Source of the DNA: Tubulanus polymorphus
Taxonomy: Eukaryota; Animalia; Nemertea
Direction of reading: 5' to 3'
Assembly: GCF_964204645.1 (NCBI RefSeq)
Contig: NC_134030.1
Location: 4,940,778-5,004,777, forward strand
DNA length: 64,000 nt
Numbering within the stretch: the stretch's first letter is position 1; each line of letters starts with the position of its first letter. Positions 1 through 14,800 of the stretch are shown in pieces. The position numbers were made by a program, and so were the translations under genes. The notes below the pieces were generated by a model. That model made no database searches and was not told the origin of the DNA. It saw only the letters and a list, made by a program, of their open reading frames with translations.

Positions 1-417
1 GGGTGCTTTAAAATCTCTTCACGGCATTCTTATCCATCGTAGATACAATATAACCAGCAGACACTGTGACAGTTTGCTGATGTACTCGAGCTACTGAGCC
101 AGAAAAATCTCTTGATGAAGTATGCTTTACAGTTGTGAATAATGAGAAATGTCAACGTTTTTCTCTGTTTCATTTTTTCTGTTGATTCAGCTCCATTATG
201 ACATGAGTAATTCAAATTTATGTATTATGCCTTCTAAGAAAGACACTTCCGCTGTCATAGCGCCAGTAAGTACTACTTTAAAGCAAAAACTTCGAAATAT
301 GACTTAATTCGTACTTCATAAATCGGGAAGAATGATCAACCAAAATCATCATCCAATGTCGCAAAAAACTTCAAAAAACTGTGGAGGCAAGGGTTCAAAA
401 TCATTTAGCAGGAGACT

Positions 418-553
418 ATAGCCGCGATCACACGGAGACGATTTGGCCCGGGCCAAATTGGCACGGATCAGGCTTGGGCCCATTTGGCACCCGTGTGAAC
501 AGTTGTTTGGCACATTTGGCCCAGGCCAAATATACTCGTGTGATCGCGGCTAT
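418..553. mobile_element. Short palindromic non-autonomous DNA transposon (MITE, PIF/Harbinger-like)
   Basis: Perfect terminal inverted repeat ATAGCCGCGATCACACG...CGTGTGATCGCGGCTAT with internal ATTTGGC(A/C)C sub-repeats; a partial end of the same family lies near 10628. Confidence 0.75.
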
Positions 554-3492
554 TCTTTCATTCAAATGCAGGATGGCTTAAAGGTCAACCAACTTAGGCT
601 CTTTTGAGGCATTCTACAACCAAACTTGTAAATCAGTAAACTGGAGTTCATTCGCACCCATGCTATTCGTTCTTCATATACACTCATCAATGGATTCATG
701 AAGCCCAAGGGAAGAGAAATGCTTCTTCCAGTGAGATATGATTTCACTTATTCTGTTTTATACCATTTATACCCGGCCACGCACGGAGCACAGACGCGCG
801 TGTGTGTGTGATTGTTGTGTATTAATCCTTTTCCATTAAAGGACAGCCCGGTGCGCACACTTTCCAAACCCCGAAATAGAAGTCTTTAATTTATTTCCTA
901 TCATTGAAACGTGTGCGCCGACAACCGGTGAGAATAATGCGGGACTTTGACGGTATAAATGCGACACTCACTTACATGCCCCATCTACTCCCGGCCCATT
1001 CAAACCAACTGATAACATTCATAGTGGGTATTAATTCATTGATTCGTTAATTAGACCCCAAGAAGATACCCACATCCAGACTGTGTAGATGCTAATCGGA
1101 CCACCAGCTGCTCTAATGAGCGAAATAATAGATCAACATAGACTCTTTGTCGTATCATCCCTTTGACTATAATACTAATAGTACTAGCAGGAGCTAGTCG
1201 TCAGATGTCCAATATCTGGTACCATTATTATTAGCCAAATGCCATGCATAGCGTAAGATGCGTTAATTTGAAATTGAATTAATTGAATGGATAATGATGA
1301 AAGATGAGATTCAGTGAAACTATCGTCATTCTTTTCAATTGTGAAGAAATCGTATTTGGTTACGTTCAGACTGTGATAGCATGTGGAACAATAATCTCTA
1401 AATCCTCAATATTTTCATCCCTCTATATACTTGTTTACTACTTCTACATATACTTCTAGCGTATTAGATATCCTAAACTGGCAGATAATAACTATTTTAG
1501 TAAATATTTTCATAATCTACGGTCAGCACTCAGCTTTAAACCAAGTGAACTTTCATCGCACTGACATTTTAACAAGCTGCTCGTTGCTAGGGAACTAAGC
1601 ACCGGTTGTCGAGGACCTACGGCAATCGGTGAGTCTCTGGTGATCCCGAGGATAAATCCAACGTGAGCGAATAGCCGTGTTAATGAGAGTTCACTGACAA
1701 ACGTGTTTGAAGTTCAAAGATACAATTACACAGCCTGATTACGCTGCGTCAAACCTAACCTTTAAAGGCAGGTAGCCGTTTAGATAATAGAAACAGCTTT
1801 ACAACATCTTCCAACCTGCTAAGCACTATCCAGGACTTTGAAGGTTTGTCAGCTTTTTCTTATCCCAAATAAGGACTCTACGTTCCACTCCGGCAATTCA
1901 GGATACCACACGCGGCATGCATGGATCCACCAGGTTCACTAGTGCGCATTCAGACAATGACACCCAATCTCTTCTCAGATTCAATTAAAATCTAATTATA
2001 ATTTCTCCAATTCTACGCATGATGAATAAGAATCATGCTATATACCATGAACCTTGATATAAAGACCATTCCGAGTTCATCAAGAGACATGATGTGCCTG
2101 ATTTCTGATGCGAGAGGATAAAAATCCAGATGAAAGTTGAACTAAATTTTGACCGAGATGTCCCATTGGTAGACACGTCATCTAGCACTGTCGGCACGGG
2201 GTCCTCATTGCTCGAGGGACCATCATTCTAGACGCAATGGAGTTATATGAATATAATACATGAAAGACCAGCAGCTCAGACAATGAATCTGAAACCATTC
2301 TTAAGTTTCTAAGCTCAAAAAAAAAGCTTACGAAATTCAAGAACAGGAAATCAATGCCTAAAAAATCAAACCCTGGAAGATCAACAAGACGTTTGTGAGT
2401 CGAGTTACGCATCTAATTACTGCAATTTCTTTCTTGTCGTGCAGTAACGCGCGTTCTCGTCAAACAGAAAGACAATTTAACCTCGGCGTATTAATCCACT
2501 GTACAATCAAATAAAACGCATTGACTCACTCACCGCTCGCACAGGAGCAGGCGCAGGAGCAGGAGGAGACTACGTCCCTCGAACACAAACCTAATTGATA
2601 TTCCGTGTTCGATTGGCGCGGCGTCCACTGATAAAAGTCCGCCGGTTCTATGCATGCCGTGTTTTTATTTATCGTTCGGTTATCCATCACTCGACGAGGA
2701 TAAGACGTAGTTTTCTGCATGCTAATAACACGAACCCCTCTCACAGCGTACACCTTAGAAATACCTACTGAATAGATTAGCAAGTTTTTGACCAACAACG
2801 CGTCGACCGAAGCTCCTGATTTTCTGACTTCTTACATTTTTACTTTTTTTTAAAATCTAAATTGATATACCCTAAGATTCTACTGGCATCACCAAAATGA
2901 ATTTAGATCCAAAATACTTAAGTGTGAATATAAATTTTTGGCTGAAATGTTAGTTTTGTATGTTATGTAATTACAAGATTTCTTACAGATATACTGGTAG
3001 ATGGGAAACAAACCCACTGATTGCTTCATCGTCACAGCCACTGGCAAAAACATTCATTCCTAAGCGAAAGATGAAAATAAAGTCTGATTCGATGTATCTG
3101 TTTCACACGCGATTCAAACCCCCGCGAGCTAATGCGCAAAAAATGACTCCGATACACTTCGTAAGTGTGTAATCGTATCCGTCTTAATTATTCCGTCGTA
3201 TCGCCTTTCATATACACACGAAAATCAATAATAGCACGATAGTAGACTAAAATCCATCCAGAGAAGATAGCGATTCTAAAATTATGACGAGACGGAAAGC
3301 TTCAAAATGTAACCCTCGAGGAGAACGTATCGGGACTGAAAACATCACAAACAAACATCATTACATGATTATATTAACTATAAACAAGGCTGTAGGTCTA
3401 TATATAGACAGCCTATTAGTTTAGATATTTAGTGCCTTTTATGATTTAGGTACCTCTGCTTCACAATTAAGAGAAGTGACAGTGAAATTACG

Positions 3493-3565
3493 CGCACTCA
3501 CCGGGGATCGAACCCGGGTGACTTATGTAGAAAGCAAGCGTGCTAACCAGTAGACCGACTAGTCC
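3493..3565 (-). mobile_element. tRNA-derived SINE head or tRNA pseudogene
   Basis: Minus strand GGACTAGTCGGTCTACTGGTTAGCACG...CCCGGGTTCGATCCCCGGTGAGTGC has A-box and B-box and an intact T-arm. The acceptor and anticodon stems are mismatched, so it is not a functional tRNA. Confidence 0.65.
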
Positions 3566-3677
3566 ACTTGGTCAGTAGTTATACAGCTTGTCCTATATGC
3601 GTAACATCTGGATTACTTAAAAAATTGTCTTTTTGTTTTTAATGGCACATGTACATCTCACATTTTTGTTAAATCAG

Positions 3678-3720
3678 TACTCCTGAAGATGACTATTAGG
3701 TTGGAGTCGAAAGTTTCAGT
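3678..3720 (+). ncRNA. Degenerate minimal type I hammerhead ribozyme motif (Penelope/retrozyme type)
   Basis: CTGAAGA(3683)-T-GACT[loop]AGTC-GAAA(3709)-GTTTCAGT: catalytic core and stem II are intact, while stems I and III are imperfect. Confidence 0.45.
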
Positions 3721-6700
3721 TTTCCTTTTATGGTTTTATCTTTGATCTTTTATTTCATTTACAATCACGTATTTTTGATTTAGGATGAATAAAATGATTT
3801 TTTTTAGAAGTGACTTCAGTGTGTTTAAGGGAGTAGCTAATAGAGGGTTAACCGATGAAATGTCAGTTACTTCAATAATCCACCGGAAGATGTAAATCCT
3901 GCTCGTGAATGGCTGAAGCGTCATCCAGTGACTTAAAACAAGCAATATATATGCTAATAACGCGGTTCGAATTTCAGCCGCGCCGCATCGGTAGCCATTG
4001 TTCTCGAGGTCTGATTACAAATTCTTGTCTCGAAGTCGCCGCATAAAACCATGCGAGATTTATGTATCGATTTATTTTAAAATGGAATTTCGCAAACCGT
4101 AGCGGATGAACATCGAGATGAACGCCGCGGCGCGATTGAAAAATGTAATTGAAATTTCAACCGTTTGTTCTTTTCCATTATTGCATCGTACATCATGTTC
4201 AACTATTCATATACAAGAGTGTTTATAGTTATACATGAAATCAATACAAAAATGCATAGATCATTCATCATTTCAAAGTATTAAAGCAAACTCAAGGTCC
4301 GGTTCTCATAGGCAGGTCACAGAGTCCCTATAGAGCTGCTGTCATTCCTGGATGTAAGGAATATTATAAGTTTTAAAGGAGAATATTTGAAATTTCTAGA
4401 AAGTGTCTGCATCACATTCACATTCCAATTACTGTAGACACCTTCTAAATTGGTACTGTTTATCTTGGTAAACCAGTAATTCGGCAGTTTTGTGAGCACA
4501 TTTTTTTCCTTTACATTGACCAAACTCAGTTTCTAATTCAGTAGGTCCTGGTCCCAACTGTGTCAATTTAGGCATAGTTTTTGGTACAACTTCTAACATT
4601 TCTAATTGCCTATTTCTCAAAAGTGAATGAGTTTAGGACATTTTTCTCGCATTAAAGGAGTTTCAAGTATTTTTAAAAGCATTTTCTGTTCAGGAGTTTT
4701 TAAGGAATCAATGAATCGTAGAGACCCAGCAGGATATAAGTGAAAAAATAGGCTTCACTGTTGATTAGTTATAGAAATGAACGGTCTTTGGATCTTAGAT
4801 AATTTGTGACTCACGGCGCGGATTAAGCGCAATAACAATTTAACTTGAACCCAATCACTCTCAAATATGGTACAACACCATAAGAGGCTAGTCTTCTAGT
4901 TTATTATTATAAATCCTCTTCATTTCATAAAGCCACTTCATTCTTGAGTAGCGCAATCGAAAAACTAATCTTTCAATTTTCGTGCAGCGCGCATCAGTCT
5001 CGTGTATCCGTAGTCGAATATCAGTAATATAATAAAAACGCGAGATCGTTGATAATGAAAGCCTCGTCACGCGTATCTATTGTTACTGCGAACATGATCA
5101 GTAACTGAAGAGACATATGACGTCTCCTCTGAGAGCTTGTTAATTATGTGATGAAGATTATCGTCACAGTCCCTGATAATTCATATTTTGACGAAAACGA
5201 ACACAAGAAGTTCGTGTGACACTCGAGTGACAGGTTTTTTAGCGTATGTTACGGTTTAGTCGTAATTATCTCATCTTTGTGTTCGGTTTCAAATAGACCA
5301 CTGGTACACTAACTACCGATGAACAACGCGCTTCTCAAATTTTGATGATACTACCAGTGGTGGCTGACCCCCTAGAAATATAAAGTTCCCCTGAAATTTT
5401 ATGGTAAAATGAAAAACATTAAAGATACCTAAAAAGTTTGAATTCAGTAGCTCGTTCTCTGTATTTCCTAAAATCAGTTCATGTTTTCCAATGATTTTTT
5501 TTTGGGGTAGCCTTTTGATTATACTATATACCCTATTTTGGGGGTACACCCTTCCCTGAATCAGACCCCGCCCCTGACCTCGTAGGTAAGGTAGAAAGTC
5601 GAGTTGGATACCTTTGTATCGATAGTGAAGAAATCTCCGAACAACAAGGGTTTCATATAATCGCAATGCTAATATCTATGTATCAGGCAGGCTGTGGTAA
5701 GTGAGGATGTATATACGATGATGATGATGATGTATTGTAATGGTCTCAGCTGTAGCGAATATTTGATTAGAACTCGACGCTCGCTCCCACCGTTCGATCG
5801 AAATGATTTAGAATGAGCTGTAAATGTCATTATAGGAAGGACACGTTGCGGTACAATCAATATCATACTAGATTTACAGTATGAGAGCTGACCAGAGGTG
5901 AACACATACAATGAAGAACTATAAGAAAGATCCTCTTCAGTAATGGCAGCATTACGAGCCGTGTTCACACTTTCACTAGTTAGTCCGTTTGGCTTGGAAC
6001 AAACCAATCTAGAACAGACCCGGGGCGATGACACATGTTTTAAAATCAGCTGTCTTCACTGGTCCAGCTAGATGCAATACTGTGATTGACGTGCAATTAA
6101 AGCAAAATTCTTTTCATAGAGAAATGATCCGTTCCTGAATTTAGAACGGACATGGATTGGTCTTTTTGTTGCTCCCGATGGGTACATTTTAAAATTGAAC
6201 GTGGACTTGAGATTGACTGGACGCAACTGAATGTCGGGTTCTTTAGTTCAGATAGTATGTTTAAGAGCATTATAGATTTTGGTGAGAAGCGAGAATTTCT
6301 TTTAGAAAGAATCGCAGGACATTATGATAATCAAGTGTGTATCTCAGTATGCCGAGTATTAGTAGCTGCAACCATACACAGCTGTCTTAATGCCAGTACT
6401 CAGCAAGCATTCTATTGTGACAGTCATGTCTGTCTATTGTCCTATTCATACGACTGGTTCTCGGTACTAGTTCTTGGTACTGGTTCTCGGTACTGCAGCG
6501 GTGGATGATGATGATGATGACGGAATCATCTTACAATAGTCAATAAAGACGAGGCCTGCATTATAAACATTAATCCTCATTGATTTTTGTGAAGATGTGA
6601 ACTGCGCTGCAGCGATGTCACATTCAGCCATTATATCACACGGCATATATATATACATTCATATATTATTAACTATGGTTGAAATCGGAATGACAGTCCG

Positions 6701-9700
6701 TGTGGTCCACGTAAACACACAAATATACCTGAAAGCAGTAGATGAGTGGCATCAGAGTTTACACTATGCTCTTAATTAAGTCGGTTCCAATTTAGAATGG
6801 ACCTAAGAAGCCTGTCCAGGTCTGTTTTCTCTGAAGTATTTATTACGTATGTGTATAAATGCAAGGGATCGATTTGATCAGTTCTAACAAGGTCCGTTCA
6901 AGCATGGACTCTAATAACGCTTAAGGTTCCAGGTACAGGTCAAAATAGAATGGACTGAAACAAGCGCTAGCGTATATAACAGCATTCGCAACCTCCTCAA
7001 TGGTCCCAGAGCACTCGGTTGATGCACTGAACTCATTTGACGACTTGTCAGAATTTGTTTTGACATCGAGTCTTCCAAATACATCATCTTATCAATCTTC
7101 ACAAATTTCATAGATCATTGAATCATTGAAATTCTCTCAGCATTCTCCTTCAAAATTTGACTCTTAGAAAGAATAGATTTCATCTGTTTTCCAGTTTATT
7201 TGCGTAAGACTGACACATATCTAAACTACGGACTCTTTATCGACATAAGAGACACTCATTAGAACGCATTGATTAGTGCCAACAACTTCTGATGGGAGCG
7301 TCATTTTTATTATTTAAAACAACTGTTTTTCATCTGTCGTTCGTTCGTCGGATATCAGTTTGTATTGTACGTATATTATCAATAGCTCTTCACCAGCGAT
7401 GACTCATATTATCGAGGAAAAAAATATATCCGATGACACCTCCGAGTGTACTAGCTGCAACTATATCGCAGCATGAAGAATAGAAGAAGTGGTAAAGTTA
7501 TCACCATAAAGTGCAATTTGCCGCGATTCATGCGAAACAGATTTAAAAGATTCATTAATTCTTAAAAGATTTAGTCAAAGCTTAAGTTACAGTTACAATG
7601 CGAAACCGCAGCTGGGATGACTGGGCCATCGTTAGACCAGCTCGAAGCAACCACCTAACAATAGATAATGGATGGAATAGATGATTTCCATAGACTTATA
7701 TCTCTGAACATACTGAATGCTGTGAAGTTACAGATTTTTTCTATCGGCTAGTGTAAGTATCCGCTGGTGAACAGGGTATTACTCATTCCGGTCACTCATA
7801 TTCTATTGTTTGTCTCTGTATACTGACTAAACCGTGTCAACTTAATGGCAACAACGCAAAATGCACAAGTACCATTACAGGCCATAAAACCGGATACAAA
7901 ACCAGAAATCCAGACAAAATCTGCCACGTGCAGCAACTTAACTCACATACAGTACAATGCATATCGACATATATTAGCCTGGATGAATTTTAATATTATA
8001 CCTTACATCGATTCAATACGTATTGACTGAAGAGGTTTGAACGATTGAATTAAATCAGCTCTGCACGCTGCTACTGTTTTATAATACCGGATGAATTTGA
8101 ATATGATTTTCATATAATCGATAGTGTAGAAGCCGATGAGGTAAAGCCTACAGGGGATGAATTGAACGCACCAAGATCTGAAGTACTCGTAGGTTTGTTG
8201 CAGTAAATGCTATGAAAACTTTCTCACGTTATTCGTTTACAAAATCTATCATAAATACGCAATAATTGTCATCGATATTTGTATTTTTCAGAATAAGGGA
8301 TGATTTCAACATTTCTGCTGAAAACAAAGGCGAGAAGTGTGGAAAGTCAACATCAAAATTGTGATCACTACGCTATGAATCACAATGTCAGGAAGTTTAC
8401 ACAACTCATCAATAATAATAACAGTCATTACAAATAGCTGCATGAAATAGAATCATTCTAATTAGTCTCACTAGGAAACTAGGTAAAATGAAGCCATTTA
8501 GATAATGTATCTTTTGAAATATTTTTTTTCCATTAAAACCACAGTGGTTGCCCGACAACTCTGCCTCAGGCTTCGAAGTTGTCAAAGTACCAATGATGAA
8601 AGAACTCCAGAAGTTAGAATTCAGAAATTGAAAGTGCAAATAAAGCCAGCGGCTGGTTCTACGAGTCCACAGGCTTAAATTCGAAACTAGCCAAGCTTAT
8701 TTCAGTTCTCTTGCCAATCTAACAACTTCCGATTCAAAACCATTTCGTTATGACTGGGCAAGCACCTGGGTCCTTGTTTAAGATATAGAGACGAGAGCCT
8801 GTCTGCAGAAAGCATGGATCTCGGTAGAATCAGTCCAACGCTCCTGGGTAGAGCCGGTGTGGTCTTATGAACTGACCACATGACTGCTACGACTGCACAG
8901 ACAAATGAAATTACGTCATTCTGATTCAGTTACATGATGACAATAGAATCAATAGACCAACAGCACATTGACATATTGGTAATGACAATGACTACAATGC
9001 CGAGAGACAAAGCAAATTACATCTCTCTTTTTCGTGAGGACTAATTGTTCGTAGACAGAATACATAAACTGAATAAACGAATCAGCCCAACCCTTTAGCT
9101 TTGATGAGCCATTTTGTTAGCTTTGATGAGCAATACCAGTGATATCTTAGTCAATATCTTCCATTTCAAACGAATGGTGCTGTTTTTTTTTCTGGGTTTA
9201 GACGCAACGGTTTTATAGGAGATATCGCGCTTTGATCATTCGCTTTCATCCATGAGAACAAAATCCTTCACCAACAACGTTAAGATTTCTATAGCGAAGT
9301 TACTTTACATCCAAAATTTTGAATTCAACATTGCGGATCTCCAGATCTCTTGCATCTCTTGATATTTTCCAACAACCAAAATAGCTCAATTTCCAGCTTA
9401 CCTTCAAACGAATCATAAAATCCTGAATGCCTTAAAATCCAATTATCGGAATATCCTGAAATAGAAATAAGAATACGTTTACATCGTTTAGACAACTAGA
9501 CTAGTAATAATGTCTACTTCTTGATTGGCCGAACAAGAACTGATTTGGAAGATGTTAATTCTCAAATGATGATGGCAGAAATCGTACAGTTTTATCACTA
9601 GATTAGTGAACCATTGCATGCAGTCTCATTAACACAAACTGGTTTATCAAACTGATGACAGTTATCACCACCTCATAGATCAAACTATACATCGATGACT

Positions 9701-12700
9701 GACACACACAACAATTTTCTCTTCTTTAACGAGCCTTTGTTCTTTTTGCCAACGAGATAATTTACCATCAGCCGTTTTATTGAACGTACAAGAAGAGAAA
9801 CCCCAAGAACAATGTATCTCGCGCGTTGTAAGAGAAGCCGATAAAATATAGCAGATAAGATTAGTAGCATTATCACATCCATATGGATGTTGTAATGACC
9901 TCATCAATGGATAAATTGGTTACATTTGGGAGCAGCCGTACAACGACAATTATATTAATTTGTTGTTCATCGGAAAAGGTGACGGAAAAATCTTTACAGG
10001 CTATTGGACAAATACACAAAATTAGTGTCTTAATCAGTTCATATTCCAGCCAAAGTTTCTGTGAATTCATTTTCACCTTTGGTATCTTTTTTACCGATGG
10101 TGTATTTCTCAGCTGGCATTATTTTCTCTACAGAACTATTACCTATATGCACTAACACAGCACTTTTCTTTTCCTTGTACATACAGAGATAACCAGGCCT
10201 CACTAGTGCCGTACTAAAACGATTCCATTCCTGAATATTTTCTTCTATGATGAGAGCGGATGAATTTTTTACGTCTTGAAATGAATGAATGCTTGACCCG
10301 GCAATCTGGTACATTATCTCACGACTGCACTTACTTCTTACAAAACACTTATCAGTTTATTTGCTGAAGTTCTTTTGTAGTTAAGCAATCAATTATTGGC
10401 ATATTAAGACTAGTGCCCAATTCCGTTTGATATGAAATTCTTTACGAAATGTTGACTTAGTCTTCCTGGTTACACAGAGTAAACACCAAAGTAAATATGT
10501 ACAGAAGTCTGTGCACAAAAAAAAATGAATTACCGCAAACGCCAGTGGGTTATTATACAAAAACCTGTCAATCAAACTCAGGTAGGATCTCGATCCTGGA
10601 ATGAGCAATATATGAAATATATAGCTACGTGTGATCGCGGTTTATATCTCATTTATAGTTATTTGGCACTCAAGGAAAATGTGTACAGAAATATGCAAGC
10701 CTGTCATTTACAAAAACCTGTACATCGACATATTGCGCATCATCATGGATTAAACTATAAGAACTGCTTGATGAAAAATCAATCAAACACAAATGAATTC
10801 ATTTCATCCGCCCGCATGTACTATGAAAACATTGATACAGTGCATCGCTGAAGTATTTCACAGATTTATTTTATCAATCATCTGAACCCGGGTTCAACAA
10901 AAATCCTGAGCACCCTTGACAGCACCTGCCATAGCATATATGAATAGCAATATACGAATGAGAGCTATGAATACTCATTGTTCTTTGTAATATCTTCAGC
11001 AGAATAAATGTAAACATCGTTAGGGTTATTGAGGACAATAATAACGTCATTGTGAACAGTAACCACCATCTCAACATCGCATTGATCATTAACAATAAGT
11101 AGATCTTCAATCATTCTGTTAGTTCTAATAATTTGCAACATTCTGAGTTTAGATTTTAGAGTTATTTGAAAATTGACCTGACTCCAACTCTGACTTCAGA
11201 TCTGTGTAACTTGTTTCTTTTAGACTTAATACTCAGAATTCAACACCAACGAGCTGTTTTTTTTTCATTTACCCTGTCCGATGCCGTAAACATGCCCTGA
11301 TTTCAAATGGATTCGTTCGTGGTTTATCAAAGCCCAGAAATCAGGTAATATCGTTTCTTTGCCGGGGTCACCTCGAATGAAAGCTCAATTCATGTTTTCT
11401 GTCAGACTTTACGTTGATCATTCTAATTGGTCCAGGCTCATTCCGAATTATGGGTGGACCTGACCAACCTCAGCTTCATCATCTATGTATCTACTCCATC
11501 AATCGAGGGCCAATTCGCGCGATGCTTATTGACTCAAATTGCATAAAATTACGACTGTTTACTCGGATAGAGTTATATTAAACGGTTGCCGCACGAGTCG
11601 CGATTGTACGAAGCCATCGTCGCGCATCAAATCGAGAAGAGTAGGCAGTCTAATTTAATTAAACGATTGCCATGGTAATCAACGAAACTACTGTCGTCTA
11701 ACAACGTCATCAGACGCGATGTAACATTTTAAACAAAAATCCTTAATGGGCCGGCAATCATTCGATCGAAGCCATGTCGAACGTTAATCAACGTTTTTCT
11801 TTGATTAAATCATATTTGCTTTTTCAATTTTGCACGATTGCGTCGTTCCTTGTCGGTGCCAGTCGAGCGCTTACTGTATAAACAACTCGTCAAAAACGGT
11901 TCGTAAAAAAGTTTGCAGCAATGAAGGCCCTTTCTACTCTCGAGCATCACAAAAATCTGACTGATTGCCACATTTGAAGTCCAGTTATATTATGTATTTA
12001 TTTTCAAACTTTCAGATAATTAGCATATTTTCAATGGATCATGATTTCAAAAGGTTGTCCTTTTCGCTCATTGTATCGCATGATCTACTTTCAAAATCCG
12101 ATGAAATCTATCATTTCTATAACTGGACTGGTTTTAAATATCAGAAACCGAGATCGGGCAAAATTCGGGAATGAATTGTTTGTAATGGTATCTTTATTGT
12201 CGATAAGAAATGCTTCGAGGAATAGTGAGACAGGGGTTTAGCTTTTTTCTATGTCGAACACGTGTGAAAAGATTCAATTGACTGGAATTCCACCTTCCAA
12301 AATAACGTCCCATTTCTATAGTCAACATCCCTAAGGACATTTGTATAACCTGTAAAGATTCATAGAAATTGGCTTGAATTAAAATAAACAAATGTCGTCG
12401 AATTCATTTACACTTTTGCTGCAACTATCAAAAAGACATATTTCACATATAATATTTGCCGAACCCTGGATAGTTTGCCAAATGGATTTTCTGAATGTTT
12501 TACAAATAATCATTTTTCGTCATCAAAGCCATGTAAGGCCATTGTAAAATACTGATGCAGACAAATGAATTTCATTCAATAACACATGAATATAATCATC
12601 TGAGCTGAAATATTCAAGTGGGGTAGAACCGCTCGTTCGCTGCCTATTGGATTAATTTCGAAATTTAACCGAGGGCAAATCGCATTGAATGTTCTTCGAA

Positions 12701-13875
12701 CACGAAATCCTGTATAAGGGTGTATAGACAAAACCTGTCACCTTACATGTATGGAAACTAGCATTTTTCTCATATTACTGACGGGGAAAAATTCTAACAG
12801 GGCTATAATTTGTTCATTTCGTTGAAAGCATTGAGAATTTTAACAAAAACAAACTTGACTCACGCACGCTAGTCATTCATACTAAACATATAATTTCGTC
12901 AACAAGTTTTATCAATTACGAACGACGGGTCACGAAACGTAAAAAAATATTCATTACACGAAGACGATTTGTTATCATAAGATTTTTACAGGAGATAGTT
13001 GAATATAAAGGGACGACTGCCAGGGATGCCTTCAGGCATAGGCGAATTCAACTGCTCCAGATTCAATAGTAAACAGGGCAGGCAAGGGTTTCACTTTTCA
13101 AACATTTCGGGTTACTAAGTATAAATATATCATCGCCCGGAGGGCCGGGCACAAAAAATACCCGAACACCGCAGAGATAATAACATATTTCATTCAGTAG
13201 ATGGCGCCAGAAATTAAAGTCATATTGCCGAAGAATTAAGAAGATGGAGGGAAATCTGAAGCGATAGTTACAAAAAAAAAATAAATGTAAAATCCAATAT
13301 TTGTAGAAAGAAATGAGAATCTATTTGACATAATATCATTTTCAGCCGAAGAAGGGTGATAGTAATCACCTGAAAGCTACAATATTTCTAGTATTATAAA
13401 TAGACCTTTTAGCCTTTTCACACTCGTAGGATTTTACATATATTGTTTTTTCTAGTATATTGTGATGTTACTGATACAGTTACAGAAAACTGTCAATATT
13501 TCGTACTATTTTCATACTTGCACGTAACAGTATCAATTATCATGAAAGATACCTAGAAAACAGTATTGTTTTGCCCTGTAGCAAACAAAACAACAACCTG
13601 ATAGCAAACGTTTAAAAAAAACATCCGCATTTTATTTGTTTTTTTCAATGGCTTGGCTAAATCATTTGAATAGAAAAACTAGTGAAATAGCTGTTAAAAA
13701 AATCCAGAAATTGAATATCAAAATCCACGGCGGATGGTATGTAAACACATGATATAATGCATAATATTAAAAATCTGATATATGGATGGATTTACCTAAT
13801 TAACAGTACAGCAGGTAACAGCTGGACAACATATACAAGGTGTTACAGTACTATACTTAACTATTGGGTCGATAT

Positions 13876-13878
<3 letters not shown>

Positions 13879-13955
<77 letters not shown>
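13879..13955. repeat. (TA)n microsatellite, ~38 units
   Basis: Uninterrupted TA run read directly. Confidence 0.97.
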
Positions 13956-13958
<3 letters not shown>

Positions 13959-14748
13959 TATACATTTTCATTATTTGACGTAAAATGATACTACATCACA
14001 TCGCGTACTACTTTAATGCTACAGAATGGTGCTTCATATCGGGTTGTTCAGATTATAAGTTCGCGAAAAAAGTGCGTTTCACGCCATAGATACCGTTCTG
14101 CATTTGTGAAATGTTTGAAAAAACGACGTCGAACAAAGCTCTCAATATTTTGATTGTTTAACGTCGTTTTAAAATCTGCATCTGCCATATTCATTGATAA
14201 CTATTATGACAAATAGCCATTCACGCAGTTGAAAAATCCCATTGAAAAATGTCCTAATTTCCGTTACGAGAAAATATGCCATTTTTTCAGCCTTTCAATA
14301 TTAAAATCCACTTCAAATATAATACGCAAATTGATATTCTTTTAGGATTTTTCGCGATGCGAGTGGCAGGCAGGCGTCCGAGCAAATGTTCATTCATTTC
14401 GTTTCTTTCAGAGATGACACTCGAGTTAACAAAGGCTTAAATAGACGCATAACGCCGCTCTGTTCCTTCACTCAAATTCACCTCACAAAAAGAAACTAGT
14501 CGCACAAAATACGGGATGTAGAATTTCATTCAATATCAGATCACATCATTATCCAGGCAATGTTTCATAGATATAATCATTTGAAATCTAACTAGCCTTA
14601 ACAGAGTTTTTGGATAAGTCGAAAGACATTGAAGAAATTATACCAAATCCCATCCCAAAATCCATCCTCCCGCTACAGGGTTTCCGCTGCGGTGATGCCA
14701 TCAGGTTCCATCTACCTGCGCACCCGGTCTAGTGTGGCAGGATTTCGT

Positions 14749-14800
14749 GCCTCGGTGGCCGAGTCAAACCATGCCATCAAGTTCGAATCCCTGCCGAGGG
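14749..14800 (+). mobile_element. Internally deleted tRNA-derived SINE head
   Basis: GCCTCGGTGGCCGAG (A-box) ... GTTCGAATCCC (B-box) ... CCGAGGG, which pairs with the 5' end. Confidence 0.45.

Noticed and set aside
3493-3565. Functional tRNA-Arg(TCT) gene
   Set aside because: The acceptor and anticodon stems are mismatched, so it is better explained as a SINE head or pseudogene.
5313-6508. Three 117-121-aa ORFs
   Set aside because: They overlap a MITE-like segment and simple repeats, with no motifs or splice-consistent chain.
13757-13978. IY-repeat ORF
   Set aside because: Translation of the (TA)n microsatellite.
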